Origin: an uncultured Pelagibacteraceae bacterium
GTDB taxonomy: Bacteria; Pseudomonadota; Alphaproteobacteria; Pelagibacterales; Pelagibacteraceae
Length of the DNA: 64,000 nt
Reading direction: 5' to 3'
Assembly: GCA_902628305.1 (NCBI GenBank)
Contig: CACOMK010000001.1
Span: 44,980-108,979, forward strand
The translations under genes were made by a program, and so were the position numbers. Under the pieces are notes generated by a model. That model searched no databases, had not been told where the DNA came from, and saw only the letters and a program-made list of their open reading frames with translations. Position 1 is the first letter of the stretch. Each line of letters starts with the position of its first letter. Shown in pieces: positions 19,703 through 28,896 of this stretch.

Positions 19703-20109
19703 TTTTTTATCTCCTCTACTATTTTTGGTGCCCATTTTTTTGCGTCTTGAGTTGTTACTTGAAAATCAAAATTTTCTGGATTTACAAACATTTGATTTGT
19801 ATCTTCAAATCTTCCCTTTTTAATTGTATCTACCCATACTATAAAATCTGCAGGAAATAACTTTCTAGCCGCTGGTGTTGGTGCTACAAAATCTGCAATA
19901 ACGTAATTACCCTCGTTTTTTAATTTTATTGCTAAATCTGCCATTCGTTTTGCTTGTCTTACTCTGCCTTCTTCTGAAAAGTCCCAATCATTCGCTGCAG
20001 TTCTAACTTCGTCGGCATTTAACCGCTTGGAATTTAAGAGTGGAGCCATTTCATCTGCTAATGTGGTTTTGCCCGCTCCTGGCAAACCCATTACTAATAT
20101 TATTTTCAT
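19699..20109 (-). CDS. Short APS-kinase-like P-loop kinase
   Basis: GLPGAGKTT, LNADEVR, DFSEEGRVRQAKRM, ADFVAP; only 136 aa. Confidence 0.75.
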   Translation of the reverse strand: MKIILVMGLPGAGKTTLADEMAPLLNSKRLNADEVRTAANDWDFSEEGRVRQAKRMADLAIKLKNEGNYVIADFVAPTPAARKLFPADFIVWVDTIKKGRFEDTNQMFVNPENFDFQVTTQDAKKWAPKIVEEIKK

Positions 20110-21344
20110 TAAATATCTTCTAAAGGATGATGGGACATCAATTCAAGTCCATTTTCACCTATCAAATATTGTTGTTCAAGTTTAACTCCCTCTTTACCAC
20201 CTACCTTACCAATGTAACTTTCTACGGTAATAGTCATATTTTTTGAGAAAATGCCACTTCGTTCTCCTCCATCTGTAGGATATCTTATTGCAGGCCATTC
20301 GTCACACATTCCGATTCCATGTACCATTACTGAATATCTGTTTGGATAATAGTCCTCAGGTAATACCCAAGATTTTTCAGTAAATTCCTGAAAAGACACA
20401 CCATCTTTAATTAATCTTGAATTATGATTAATTTGTTCTCGAGCCATTTGATACAATTTTTTTTGTTCATCACTAAATTTGTTACCAACAACAAAAGCTC
20501 TGGAGATATCTGCACAATATCCATAAGGTCCTACCATATCAGTATCAAATGCTACTAGTTCTCCATGTTGGATAACTTTATTACTACTTTCTTGCATCCA
20601 TGGATTTGTTCTCTGCCCAGATGATAAAATTCTACAGTCAATCCATTCTCCTCCATTTTCAATATTTGTCTTATGCAAAATTGACCATAACTCATCCTCT
20701 GTCATTCCTGCTTTTAGTTCAGAACGCATTTTTGATACACCCATTTCGGCAACTTCAATAGCAGCTTTCATACAAATTAATTCGTCAGGTGATTTTATAA
20801 CTCTAGCTTGTTCAAGAATTAGTTTTGCATCTACTACCTCAATACCCTCTTTGTTTAAAGCTGATACAGCAGGTCCATTTAAAACATCTACTGCCACTTT
20901 TTTTGATTTAAAATATTTATTTGATAAATCTTTTATTTCATTAATCCATTTTCTTAATTCGTTAGATGCTTGATTGCCATTGCTAAAATAATCCCAAGTA
21001 ATTGCTGGTCTGATTTCATCAATTAAATTTAAATGTGAAGACAAATTTTCGCAATTAAAATATTCATAAAGAATTGTTGGTCCATTTACTGGAACAAAAC
21101 AATATCTAGTCAAATTATGCATATTATAAACACTCATATTAAGACTATCTAATGCATAACGTACATTAACTGGATCAAATAAAATACAAGCTTCTAAATT
21201 ATTTTTCTCTAATTCTTTTCTTACTCTGCTCAAACGATATGACCTTAATTTTTCAAAATTTATTTGATCTTCTCTTAATCTTTTTTTAGTTATAAAATTT
21301 TGTTTAGTCTTAATATCAGGTGCTATTTTTCTACTAAATCTCAT
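20109..21344 (-). CDS. M24 metallopeptidase-fold protein, DddP (DMSP lyase)-like
   Basis: FDPVNVRYA, GGEWIDCRILSSGQRTNPWMQE, FDTDMVG...DISR, HGIGMCDEWP, VESYIG, VKLE; ATG 21344 in an ATGA overlap. Confidence 0.75.
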   Translation of the reverse strand: MRFSRKIAPDIKTKQNFITKKRLREDQINFEKLRSYRLSRVRKELEKNNLEACILFDPVNVRYALDSLNMSVYNMHNLTRYCFVPVNGPTILYEYFNCENLSSHLNLIDEIRPAITWDYFSNGNQASNELRKWINEIKDLSNKYFKSKKVAVDVLNGPAVSALNKEGIEVVDAKLILEQARVIKSPDELICMKAAIEVAEMGVSKMRSELKAGMTEDELWSILHKTNIENGGEWIDCRILSSGQRTNPWMQESSNKVIQHGELVAFDTDMVGPYGYCADISRAFVVGNKFSDEQKKLYQMAREQINHNSRLIKDGVSFQEFTEKSWVLPEDYYPNRYSVMVHGIGMCDEWPAIRYPTDGGERSGIFSKNMTITVESYIGKVGGKEGVKLEQQYLIGENGLELMSHHPLEDI

Positions 21345-21964
21345 TTTACTCTGTACAGTCCTAACCAAGCATTAACATCCTTGCTTGCAATATAATCTGA
21401 TTTAAAAAATTCAAGTTCTTCCCATTTGTTATTTTTTAAATTTTCAATTTTTTTATCAAAGCCATATTCTTCATGTATACCCTCATTAATAGTAAAACAT
21501 ATTAAACCACCTGGTTTTGTAATTCTTACGAATTCATCTAGTGCATTTGGTTTTACATGTCCAAAAGTAAATGTACCAACACACATTACTGCATCATAAT
21601 AATTATCATCAGAACTAATTTTTTGATTTAGATCAACTTTTTCTAATTTTTGATAAAGGTTTTCTGGAACGGTATCTAGTAATGTTTGTGACAAATCTGC
21701 TCCATGAAAATTTTCAAAACCATACTTTTTCAACTCTATTCCAACTAAACCCGTTCCACAACCAGCATCAAATATAAGAATATTTTTGTTTTTTTGATAT
21801 TTATTAAATATTTCAACAGTTTCTTTTGGTCCAGTGTAATTCCAATCGACCATATCTTTATTATATTTATCTTTATCACCCCATTCATCATAGTATTTCA
21901 TTACTTCGCTTGTAGTTTTAAGCTTATAAATTGGTATTTTATTTCCAACGTCTTTTTGAGCCAT
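21341..21964 (-). CDS. Class I SAM-dependent methyltransferase (METTL27/WBSCR27-like)
   Basis: DAGCGTGLVG, GADLS, CVGTFTFGHV, KPGG. Confidence 0.85.
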   Translation of the reverse strand: MAQKDVGNKIPIYKLKTTSEVMKYYDEWGDKDKYNKDMVDWNYTGPKETVEIFNKYQKNKNILIFDAGCGTGLVGIELKKYGFENFHGADLSQTLLDTVPENLYQKLEKVDLNQKISSDDNYYDAVMCVGTFTFGHVKPNALDEFVRITKPGGLICFTINEGIHEEYGFDKKIENLKNNKWEELEFFKSDYIASKDVNAWLGLYRVK

Positions 21965-24369
21965 TAACTTCTCATTTTTTGTCCACTAGGATCATAGAGT
22001 GGTTCTTTTATTATTGAACAATTAAATAAGTCTCCGTTAATTTCTATTTGAATTTTATTTTCAGAATTTAATTTATTTTCATCTATATAAGTAAAAGCCA
22101 TACTTTTATTAACAAAGTGTGCAAATCCACCTGAAGTAACGTAGCCTATACTTTGATTACCAATCATTACAGCTTCATTATTTGTTACATCTATATCATT
22201 AGTTTCAACAATTAACGGAATTAATTTGTTTGAACCATTTTCTTTTTGAGCATTTTCTTTTCCAATAAAATCTTTATCCCAATTTATAAAAGCATCCAAC
22301 CCTGTTTCCTTCGCGGTAAAATCTGGTCTATAATCCAAAGTCCAAGCACCCCAATTTTTTTCTAATCTCATTGACATAAGAGCTCTTCCACCAAATGGTT
22401 TAATATTAAATTCTTTTCCAGCTTCAATTATTTCTTCATATAGTTTAATTTGGTAATGTGGAGAAACATAAATTTCATAACCAAGTTCTCCAGTAAATGA
22501 GATTCTATTTATAATTGCTGGTACTCCTCCAACAAACATTCTTCTAGAGTCTCTAAATTTAAATTTTTCGTTTGAAACATCATCTCTAACTATTTTTTCA
22601 AGAACCTTTCTAGAGTTAGGGCCAGCTATTGACAATCCATGGAACTCATCAGATCTATTTGTATAATTTAAATTAAATTTTCCTAAATGACTTTCAAACC
22701 ATCGTCTATGCATTTCTTGGGCTGCACCCGAACCAAAAACGATAAATTCATTTTCATCAAAACTTGCTACAGTAAGATCTCCACATAATTTTCCCCTGTA
22801 AGATAGCATTGGTGATAATGAAATTCTTCCTGGTTTTGGAAGTCGACCTGCCATTATATGATCTAAAAATTTTCTAGCATCTGGACCTTTGAATTCATGC
22901 TTTGAAAAGTTAGCAACTTCTATCAATCCGACATTTTCTCTTACATTAATAACTTCTTTTGAAACATAATCATGTGATCTAGATCTCTTTATTGTAGGCT
23001 CTTCAAAAGCATCTTCCTTATTATTTGCGAACCACAAAGCGTTTTCCAGACCAAAACTGTCTCCCATAACTGCTCCTTGGTTAATAAAACGATCATATAG
23101 TGCTGTAGTTTTTTGTTTTCTTCCTTTTGGTAAAGTTTCATTTGGAAAAGTCATAATAAATCTTCTTTCATAATTTTCAGAAGATTTTATTGTTCCATAC
23201 TGTGGAGATGCGTAATCTCCAAACCTAGCAACATCCATTGCCCATACATCTATAGATGGCTCTCCATCTATAATCCATTCAGCAATACATTTTCCAACTC
23301 CACCCCCTTGGCAAAATCCAGCCATGACACCAACTGCAACCCAATAATTTTTCATTCCAGGAACTGGTCCTATTAAAGGGCTTCCATCTGGTCCAAAGGT
23401 AAAAGGTCCATTAACAATATTTTTTATACCAGCTTTCTCTAAAGCAGGCATACGCTCAAAACCAATTGCTAGCCTGTCTTGTATGTTATCTAATTTAGGA
23501 TCCAATAATTCATGACCAAAGTTCATTGGTGTGCCCTCTATTTTCCAGGGGGTTGATTTTGGTTCATAAGTTCCTAGAAGCATCCCTTTTCCTTCTTGCC
23601 TAAAATAAATATTTCCCTCAAAATCAGTTCCAATTGGTAGCCTTTGATCACCCATTTCCTCAATTTCTGGAATAGGCTCTGTAATTAAATAATGGTGTTC
23701 CATTGGCTGAACGGGCAGATGTAATCCTGCAAGTTGACCAACTTCTCTTGCCCAAAGTCCTCCAGCATTAATAACTATTTCAGCATTAATATTACCTTTG
23801 TCTGTATATACATCCCATGTACCATTTTTTTTCTGTTTAGTATCTTTAACAACTGTGTGTGTATAATACTTACCGCCATGTACTTTGGCAGCTTTTGCAA
23901 AAGCGTAGGTTACACCAGATGGGTCAACTTCTCCATCAATTGGATCCCAAAGTGCTAATAAGTACCGAGATGGATCTATGAGAGGATGTTTCTTCTTTAC
24001 CTCCTCAAGAGAAATAAATTCTTGATCAAGACCCATGTATCTAGCTTTAGATCTTTCTCTTTTCAGATAATCTGCCCAAACTTCATTTGAAGCTAAATAA
24101 AATCCACCACTTGGTTTAAATCCAACTGAATGACCTGACTCTTTTTCAATTTCTTTATAGAGACCAATAGTATAGGCCATCATTCTAGAGATATTTGGGT
24201 CTGAAGAAATAACATGAACATTTCCAGCAGCGTGCCAGGATGAACCCGATGTAAGTTCATTTCTTTCAAGCAAAATACAATCTTTTAAACCAAACTTTGA
24301 TAGATGATATAGAATTGAGCAGCCAACTACTCCTCCTCCTATAACAACTACTTTAGCATTTTTTTCCAT
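21964..24369 (-). CDS. Second dimethylglycine/sarcosine dehydrogenase-like flavoprotein (DAO + GcvT)
   Basis: GGGVVG, ELTSGSSWHAAG, SFTGELGYEIY. Confidence 0.85.
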   Translation of the reverse strand: MEKNAKVVVIGGGVVGCSILYHLSKFGLKDCILLERNELTSGSSWHAAGNVHVISSDPNISRMMAYTIGLYKEIEKESGHSVGFKPSGGFYLASNEVWADYLKRERSKARYMGLDQEFISLEEVKKKHPLIDPSRYLLALWDPIDGEVDPSGVTYAFAKAAKVHGGKYYTHTVVKDTKQKKNGTWDVYTDKGNINAEIVINAGGLWAREVGQLAGLHLPVQPMEHHYLITEPIPEIEEMGDQRLPIGTDFEGNIYFRQEGKGMLLGTYEPKSTPWKIEGTPMNFGHELLDPKLDNIQDRLAIGFERMPALEKAGIKNIVNGPFTFGPDGSPLIGPVPGMKNYWVAVGVMAGFCQGGGVGKCIAEWIIDGEPSIDVWAMDVARFGDYASPQYGTIKSSENYERRFIMTFPNETLPKGRKQKTTALYDRFINQGAVMGDSFGLENALWFANNKEDAFEEPTIKRSRSHDYVSKEVINVRENVGLIEVANFSKHEFKGPDARKFLDHIMAGRLPKPGRISLSPMLSYRGKLCGDLTVASFDENEFIVFGSGAAQEMHRRWFESHLGKFNLNYTNRSDEFHGLSIAGPNSRKVLEKIVRDDVSNEKFKFRDSRRMFVGGVPAIINRISFTGELGYEIYVSPHYQIKLYEEIIEAGKEFNIKPFGGRALMSMRLEKNWGAWTLDYRPDFTAKETGLDAFINWDKDFIGKENAQKENGSNKLIPLIVETNDIDVTNNEAVMIGNQSIGYVTSGGFAHFVNKSMAFTYIDENKLNSENKIQIEINGDLFNCSIIKEPLYDPSGQKMRS

Positions 24370-25409
24370 TAATATTTAATTTCCTTATTAACTTTTTTTA
24401 AAGATTTATCTGTTCCATGATGAAAGTGTTTACTCATATCTGGCATATATTTCATTGATATTGGTTTCTTTCCAATTGCGACTGACATCTCTCTCACATG
24501 ATGAGCTTCGGCCCCACAGCAAATACCAATAAAATTAATTTTTTTTGAAACACAATCTTTAGCAAATTCTGCCATTTCAAATCGATTGCAAAATAAATTA
24601 TCTAAAGCAACAGGGAATGCATTTCCTCCAGGAATGCAATTGCACCCACTATCAGAAATATTTAAAAAACCTGGCTCTTCTTCAGTTGTTCTGTAAGGGA
24701 CGGGAAGACCAGCAACATGACAAGAAACTTTATCTCTTACTTTTTTTAATAGCTTCATAGTCATATTTGGACCTCTGTAACAATTTAAACCAACAACATC
24801 AGCACCTAAATCTTCCATCATTTTGCAAGCATCTTCAGCACTATGTCCTTCTCTAGTTTTGTCTCCTCTTGGTATTGCAAAATTACAAACAGCTATTAGA
24901 CCTGCATCTTTAATTGCTTTTAGTGCAATTTTCATTTCCTCTGTCCAATTGATTGTTTCCGCTATTACGAAATCTACTCCAGCTTCTTTTGCCCAACCAA
25001 TCTGCTCCTCATACATTTTTTGACATTCTTTATGAGTACTTTTGTCTCCAGGATCAAAAATATTTGTATTAGCTACATCTCCACAAACCATTAGATCTAA
25101 ATCTTTAAATTCGCTTGCTGCATCTTTAGCAATTTTAAGAGCATTTTTTTGAAGTGGTTCTAGCATATCTTCTTTACCAATAATTCTCAGTTTTTCTCTA
25201 TGACCATAATATGTAAATGCTTGAACAACATCTGATCCTGCTCGTATAAACTCTCTATGTAATTGTGAAACCACCTCTGGATGTTCTAAAACAACTTCGG
25301 GCACGAAAGGTCCTGCTGAAAGATAGCCTCTTCTTTCCATTGCAAAAAGATATCCCTCTGCACACATTATGGGCCCCTCATTTAATCTTGTAATCAGGTC
25401 TTTTTTCAT
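24369..25409 (-). CDS. bhmT: Betaine-homocysteine S-methyltransferase
   Basis: AFTYYGHREK; Zn ligands GLNC and GICCG. Confidence 0.8.
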   Translation of the reverse strand: MKKDLITRLNEGPIMCAEGYLFAMERRGYLSAGPFVPEVVLEHPEVVSQLHREFIRAGSDVVQAFTYYGHREKLRIIGKEDMLEPLQKNALKIAKDAASEFKDLDLMVCGDVANTNIFDPGDKSTHKECQKMYEEQIGWAKEAGVDFVIAETINWTEEMKIALKAIKDAGLIAVCNFAIPRGDKTREGHSAEDACKMMEDLGADVVGLNCYRGPNMTMKLLKKVRDKVSCHVAGLPVPYRTTEEEPGFLNISDSGCNCIPGGNAFPVALDNLFCNRFEMAEFAKDCVSKKINFIGICCGAEAHHVREMSVAIGKKPISMKYMPDMSKHFHHGTDKSLKKVNKEIKY

Positions 25410-25420
25410 TATTTATCCTT

Positions 25421-26611
25421 TCATTTCATTAAGTTACTTGCAACCCATTTATGAAAATGGTGAGTAGGATTATCCATTTTAGGAGAAAAATTTCCTCCAT
25501 TATAAGATGGAGAGTTTCTACCCTCTTGCATACCCTCAATAATATTTAAATCCTCACTCTGAACTCCTTTCCAAAGCTCAAAATTTTGTCTTCTTAATGA
25601 TTTAAATTTTTTTGAATTTGCAGCTTCATTACCAACATAATAAATTTCCATATGTTCTTTTGTATATTCATTGCTAACTGGTTCTAACCAATAGGCATAA
25701 AAATGATCTTTATGAATTCCAAGCATTACATTAGGAAATAAAGCTACATACTCTGCAATATTTTCTTTATCTTTAGGCCAACTTGGAAAGCAAGGAAAGT
25801 TAAGCTTACTTTTAAATCTAGGATTATAAACTAAGGTTCCTTGACCTGCAAATCTATTTGGTAAACCTTGTATATGGTAGTGATCATCAAGTTTTGAATA
25901 AGAATTAAGTCCTGGATGTACCCAAGGTAAATGGTAACTTTCACAGTAATTTTCGATTGCAAATTTCCAATTACATTTTGCGTTTAAATTAAAATATCCA
26001 TAATCATTAGAATAAACCATTAAATCTCTATCTTTCTCTGGCCAGAATTTAGCCCACCTATCACTTAAGGGTTTTATATATTTTTCAAATTCAATTTCGT
26101 TATTATTTAAATTAATAAATATTAAATCTAACCATACATATGACTTTACTTCTTTAAGGGAACTTCCCGATTTATTAAAGTTACTACAACTATGTTTATT
26201 CATTCCACCAATATGAGGAGTGGCAACTAGCTTCCCATTCATATCATATGACCATGAATGATAGGGACAACGAATTACATTTTTTAATTTACATTCTTCT
26301 TGTAAAATTTTGTAACCTCGATGACTACAAACATTGTGATAAACTCTAATATTATTATTTTTATCTCTCAAAATTATTAAAGGAATTCCAAGAAGATCAA
26401 AAGGCTTTGCATCACCAATATTTGGAATTGAGCTACCAACACCGATTACAACCCATTTATTTTCAAAAATTTTTTTTCTTTCAAAAAATAAATAATCCTT
26501 ATTTGTATAACATTCATTAGGTAAGCCATGAGCTTTTGCAATGGGTCTATTAACGACTTTGATTTTATTTAAGTCAATTATTTGAGACAACTTTCTAGTT
26601 TCAACCTCCAT
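25421..26611 (-). CDS. Rieske non-heme iron oxygenase (choline monooxygenase/CntA/GbcA-like)
   Basis: CSHRG...CPYHSW; NWKFAIENYCESYHLPWVH; ATG 26611 preceded by GGAGG. Confidence 0.85.
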   Translation of the reverse strand: MEVETRKLSQIIDLNKIKVVNRPIAKAHGLPNECYTNKDYLFFERKKIFENKWVVIGVGSSIPNIGDAKPFDLLGIPLIILRDKNNNIRVYHNVCSHRGYKILQEECKLKNVIRCPYHSWSYDMNGKLVATPHIGGMNKHSCSNFNKSGSSLKEVKSYVWLDLIFINLNNNEIEFEKYIKPLSDRWAKFWPEKDRDLMVYSNDYGYFNLNAKCNWKFAIENYCESYHLPWVHPGLNSYSKLDDHYHIQGLPNRFAGQGTLVYNPRFKSKLNFPCFPSWPKDKENIAEYVALFPNVMLGIHKDHFYAYWLEPVSNEYTKEHMEIYYVGNEAANSKKFKSLRRQNFELWKGVQSEDLNIIEGMQEGRNSPSYNGGNFSPKMDNPTHHFHKWVASNLMK

Positions 26612-26878
26612 TAAACCTCCTTTCAATATTGAGATTAATTAAGAAAAGTTAAATATTACGACTCTTTGATAATAATTTGTTGAAAAACAGTTTTACAATT
26701 TAATAAAAATACAAACTCTTTAAAAAAGAAATTTGAATAAAATTTCATTTCAAAACTTTAGCTTTAAAAAAGCGACTTTTAAAGACAATTTGGCTTCAAC
26801 TAACAGTTGAAAGATATTTGCAATATTTGACTTCATATGTTCTAGTGAATTATTAGAAATTAAACTTACGGAGTAATA

Positions 26879-27898
26879 ATGAAAAAACTAAATAGTATAC
26901 TACTTTCTGCAGTTCTAGCGTTTGGAATGACAGCATTTAACAATGTTGCTAATGCTTGTGGAAAATTAGTAATTGCCGAGCAAAACTGGGCGTCAGCTGA
27001 GTTGATGGCAAACGTTGACAAAATCATCCTTGAAGAAGGATATGGTTGTGATGTTGAATTAGTACCTGGTGCTACTATGCCAACATTTACATCAATGAAT
27101 GATAAAGGAACTCCTGACATGAACCCTGAACAATGGGCTAATGCAGTTTACACTCCTTTAAAAAAAGCAGTAAGTGAAAAAAGATTAATTATTGCTAATA
27201 AAGCTCCAATTACAGGCTTAGGAGAAGGATGGTGGTTAAACCCAGCAGCTTTAAAAAAGCACCCAGAGCTTAAAGGTATGACAGCAATGCAAATTCTTGA
27301 GCGACCTGATTTATTTCCAGATAAAGAAGATCCATCAAAAGGTGCATTTATGGGATGCCCAGCAGGTTGGGGATGTCAATTAGCAAATGCAAATCTTTAC
27401 AGAGCATTTGAAATGGAGAAAAAAGGTTGGAAACTAATTGATCCAGGTTCAGCTGCAGGTTTAGACGGCTCTATTGCAAAAGCATCTGACTCTGGTGAAC
27501 CATGGTTTGGTTATTACTGGAACCCTACATCAATGGTTGGTAAATATAATTTACAACCAGTAGACTTTGGTGTTCCTTTTGCGGGAAGAGATAATTGGGA
27601 TAATTGCATTACTCTTGCTGAGCAAGATTGTGCAAATCCAAAACCAACTGCATGGACAAAATCTGAGGTTAATTCAATTGTAAGTGCTAACTTTGCTAAA
27701 ACTGGTGGAAAAGATGTTCTTAGCTATGTTGAAAAACGAACTTATCCAGGAACAGTTATGAATGGAATGTTAGTATATATGGCTGATAATCAAGCAAAAG
27801 GTTCTGATGCTGCAGTTGAGTTTTTAATTAAGCATGAGGATATTTGGACTAAGTGGGTATCTTCTAGTGCTGCAAAAAAAATCAAAAAAAGTTTATAA
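26879..27898 (+). CDS. Glycine betaine/proline-betaine-family ABC substrate-binding protein
   Basis: Signal peptide; NWASAE, GYGCDV, GCPAGWGC, GYYWNP. Confidence 0.85.
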   Translation: MKKLNSILLSAVLAFGMTAFNNVANACGKLVIAEQNWASAELMANVDKIILEEGYGCDVELVPGATMPTFTSMNDKGTPDMNPEQWANAVYTPLKKAVSEKRLIIANKAPITGLGEGWWLNPAALKKHPELKGMTAMQILERPDLFPDKEDPSKGAFMGCPAGWGCQLANANLYRAFEMEKKGWKLIDPGSAAGLDGSIAKASDSGEPWFGYYWNPTSMVGKYNLQPVDFGVPFAGRDNWDNCITLAEQDCANPKPTAWTKSEVNSIVSANFAKTGGKDVLSYVEKRTYPGTVMNGMLVYMADNQAKGSDAAVEFLIKHEDIWTKWVSSSAAKKIKKSL

Positions 27899-27908
27899 TT
27901 AACTTTAA

Positions 27909-27939
27909 ATTACGAGTCTATTTAATATAGGCTCGTAAT
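27909..27939 (+). terminator. 13-bp stem-loop between binding protein and permease (mRNA stabiliser or attenuator)
   Basis: ATTACGAGTCTAT-TTAAT-ATAGGCTCGTAAT with one G-U on the + strand; no U-tract. Confidence 0.6.
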
Positions 27940-27949
27940 AAATATAATT

Positions 27950-28834
27950 ATGGAATTTTTTACTGAATTTCCAGAACTGGGAAGAAGATCCCAAATGGAG
28001 CTAAGGAAAGGTATAGACTTAGCTTTTAGAAATTTTTCAAGAGAGTATGGAGACAATATAGAAGCATTTTTTGATCCATTATTATTTTTTTTAGTATCTT
28101 TAGAAAAATTATTACTATCTACACCTTGGATAATAATTATTGGAGTAATTTGCGGATTGGCCTGGTTAGGTTCACGAAGTTGGAAATTAGTAGTGGGAAG
28201 TGCGATTGCTTTTTTATTAATAGGGTATTTTGGCATGTGGGAAGATTGCATGGCAACTGTTGCTATTATTACTGTTTGTACAATTATTTGTATTGTTGTT
28301 GGAATACCAATAGGAATTATAATGGCAAGATCAAGTAGAGCTGAAAAGGCCATACTTCCTGTATTAGATATGATGCAAACAATTCCAAGTTTTGTTTATT
28401 TAATTCCAATATTAATGTTGTTAGGTATCGGTAAAGTACCAGGATTAATTGCTGTATGTGTATATGCAGTTCCTCCAATAATCAGATTAACTAATCTAGG
28501 GATAAGAGAGGTAGATAAAGAAACTTTGGAAGCGAGCGAAGCTTTTGGGGCAACCACAGCTCAAAAACTAAAATCTGTTCAAATTCCACTTGCTTTACCA
28601 ACTGTTTTTGCTGGGGTAAATCAAACTATAATGATGGCTCTAGCTATGGTAGTTATTGCCTCTATGATAGGCGTAAAAGGCCTTGGTGTACCAATATTAA
28701 GAGCTGTTTCTAACCAATATTTAGCTCTTGGGATGATGAATGGATTAGCAATAGTTGCTCTCGCAATCGTCTTTGATAGAGTAACTCAAGAATATGGAAG
28801 AAGGATCCAAAAGCATAGAGGTCAGATAAAATAG
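27950..28834 (+). CDS. ProW-family ABC permease
   Basis: LDMMQTIPSFVYLIP, RLTNLGI, EAFGAT, GVNQTIMMAL. Confidence 0.9.
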   Translation: MEFFTEFPELGRRSQMELRKGIDLAFRNFSREYGDNIEAFFDPLLFFLVSLEKLLLSTPWIIIIGVICGLAWLGSRSWKLVVGSAIAFLLIGYFGMWEDCMATVAIITVCTIICIVVGIPIGIIMARSSRAEKAILPVLDMMQTIPSFVYLIPILMLLGIGKVPGLIAVCVYAVPPIIRLTNLGIREVDKETLEASEAFGATTAQKLKSVQIPLALPTVFAGVNQTIMMALAMVVIASMIGVKGLGVPILRAVSNQYLALGMMNGLAIVALAIVFDRVTQEYGRRIQKHRGQIK

Positions 28835-28896
28835 TTGATACTTTGATGCATCGAATTTTCTAGACTCATATTTCAAAATAAATAAAGATCTTCTCT

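Noticed and set aside
19699-20109. Canonical cysC implying sulfate assimilation
   Set aside because: Too short, lid motifs missing, and no cysDN/H/IJ in the window
20109-21344. Creatinase feeding sarcosine oxidase
   Set aside because: Creatinases lack the binuclear metal ligands, which are intact here; the motifs are DddP-like
25410-26878. SAM-V or glycine riboswitch ahead of bhmT, the Rieske gene or the GcvT genes
   Set aside because: bhmT has only an 11-nt leader, and I could not see the consensus in the AT-rich spacers; cmscan would be decisive
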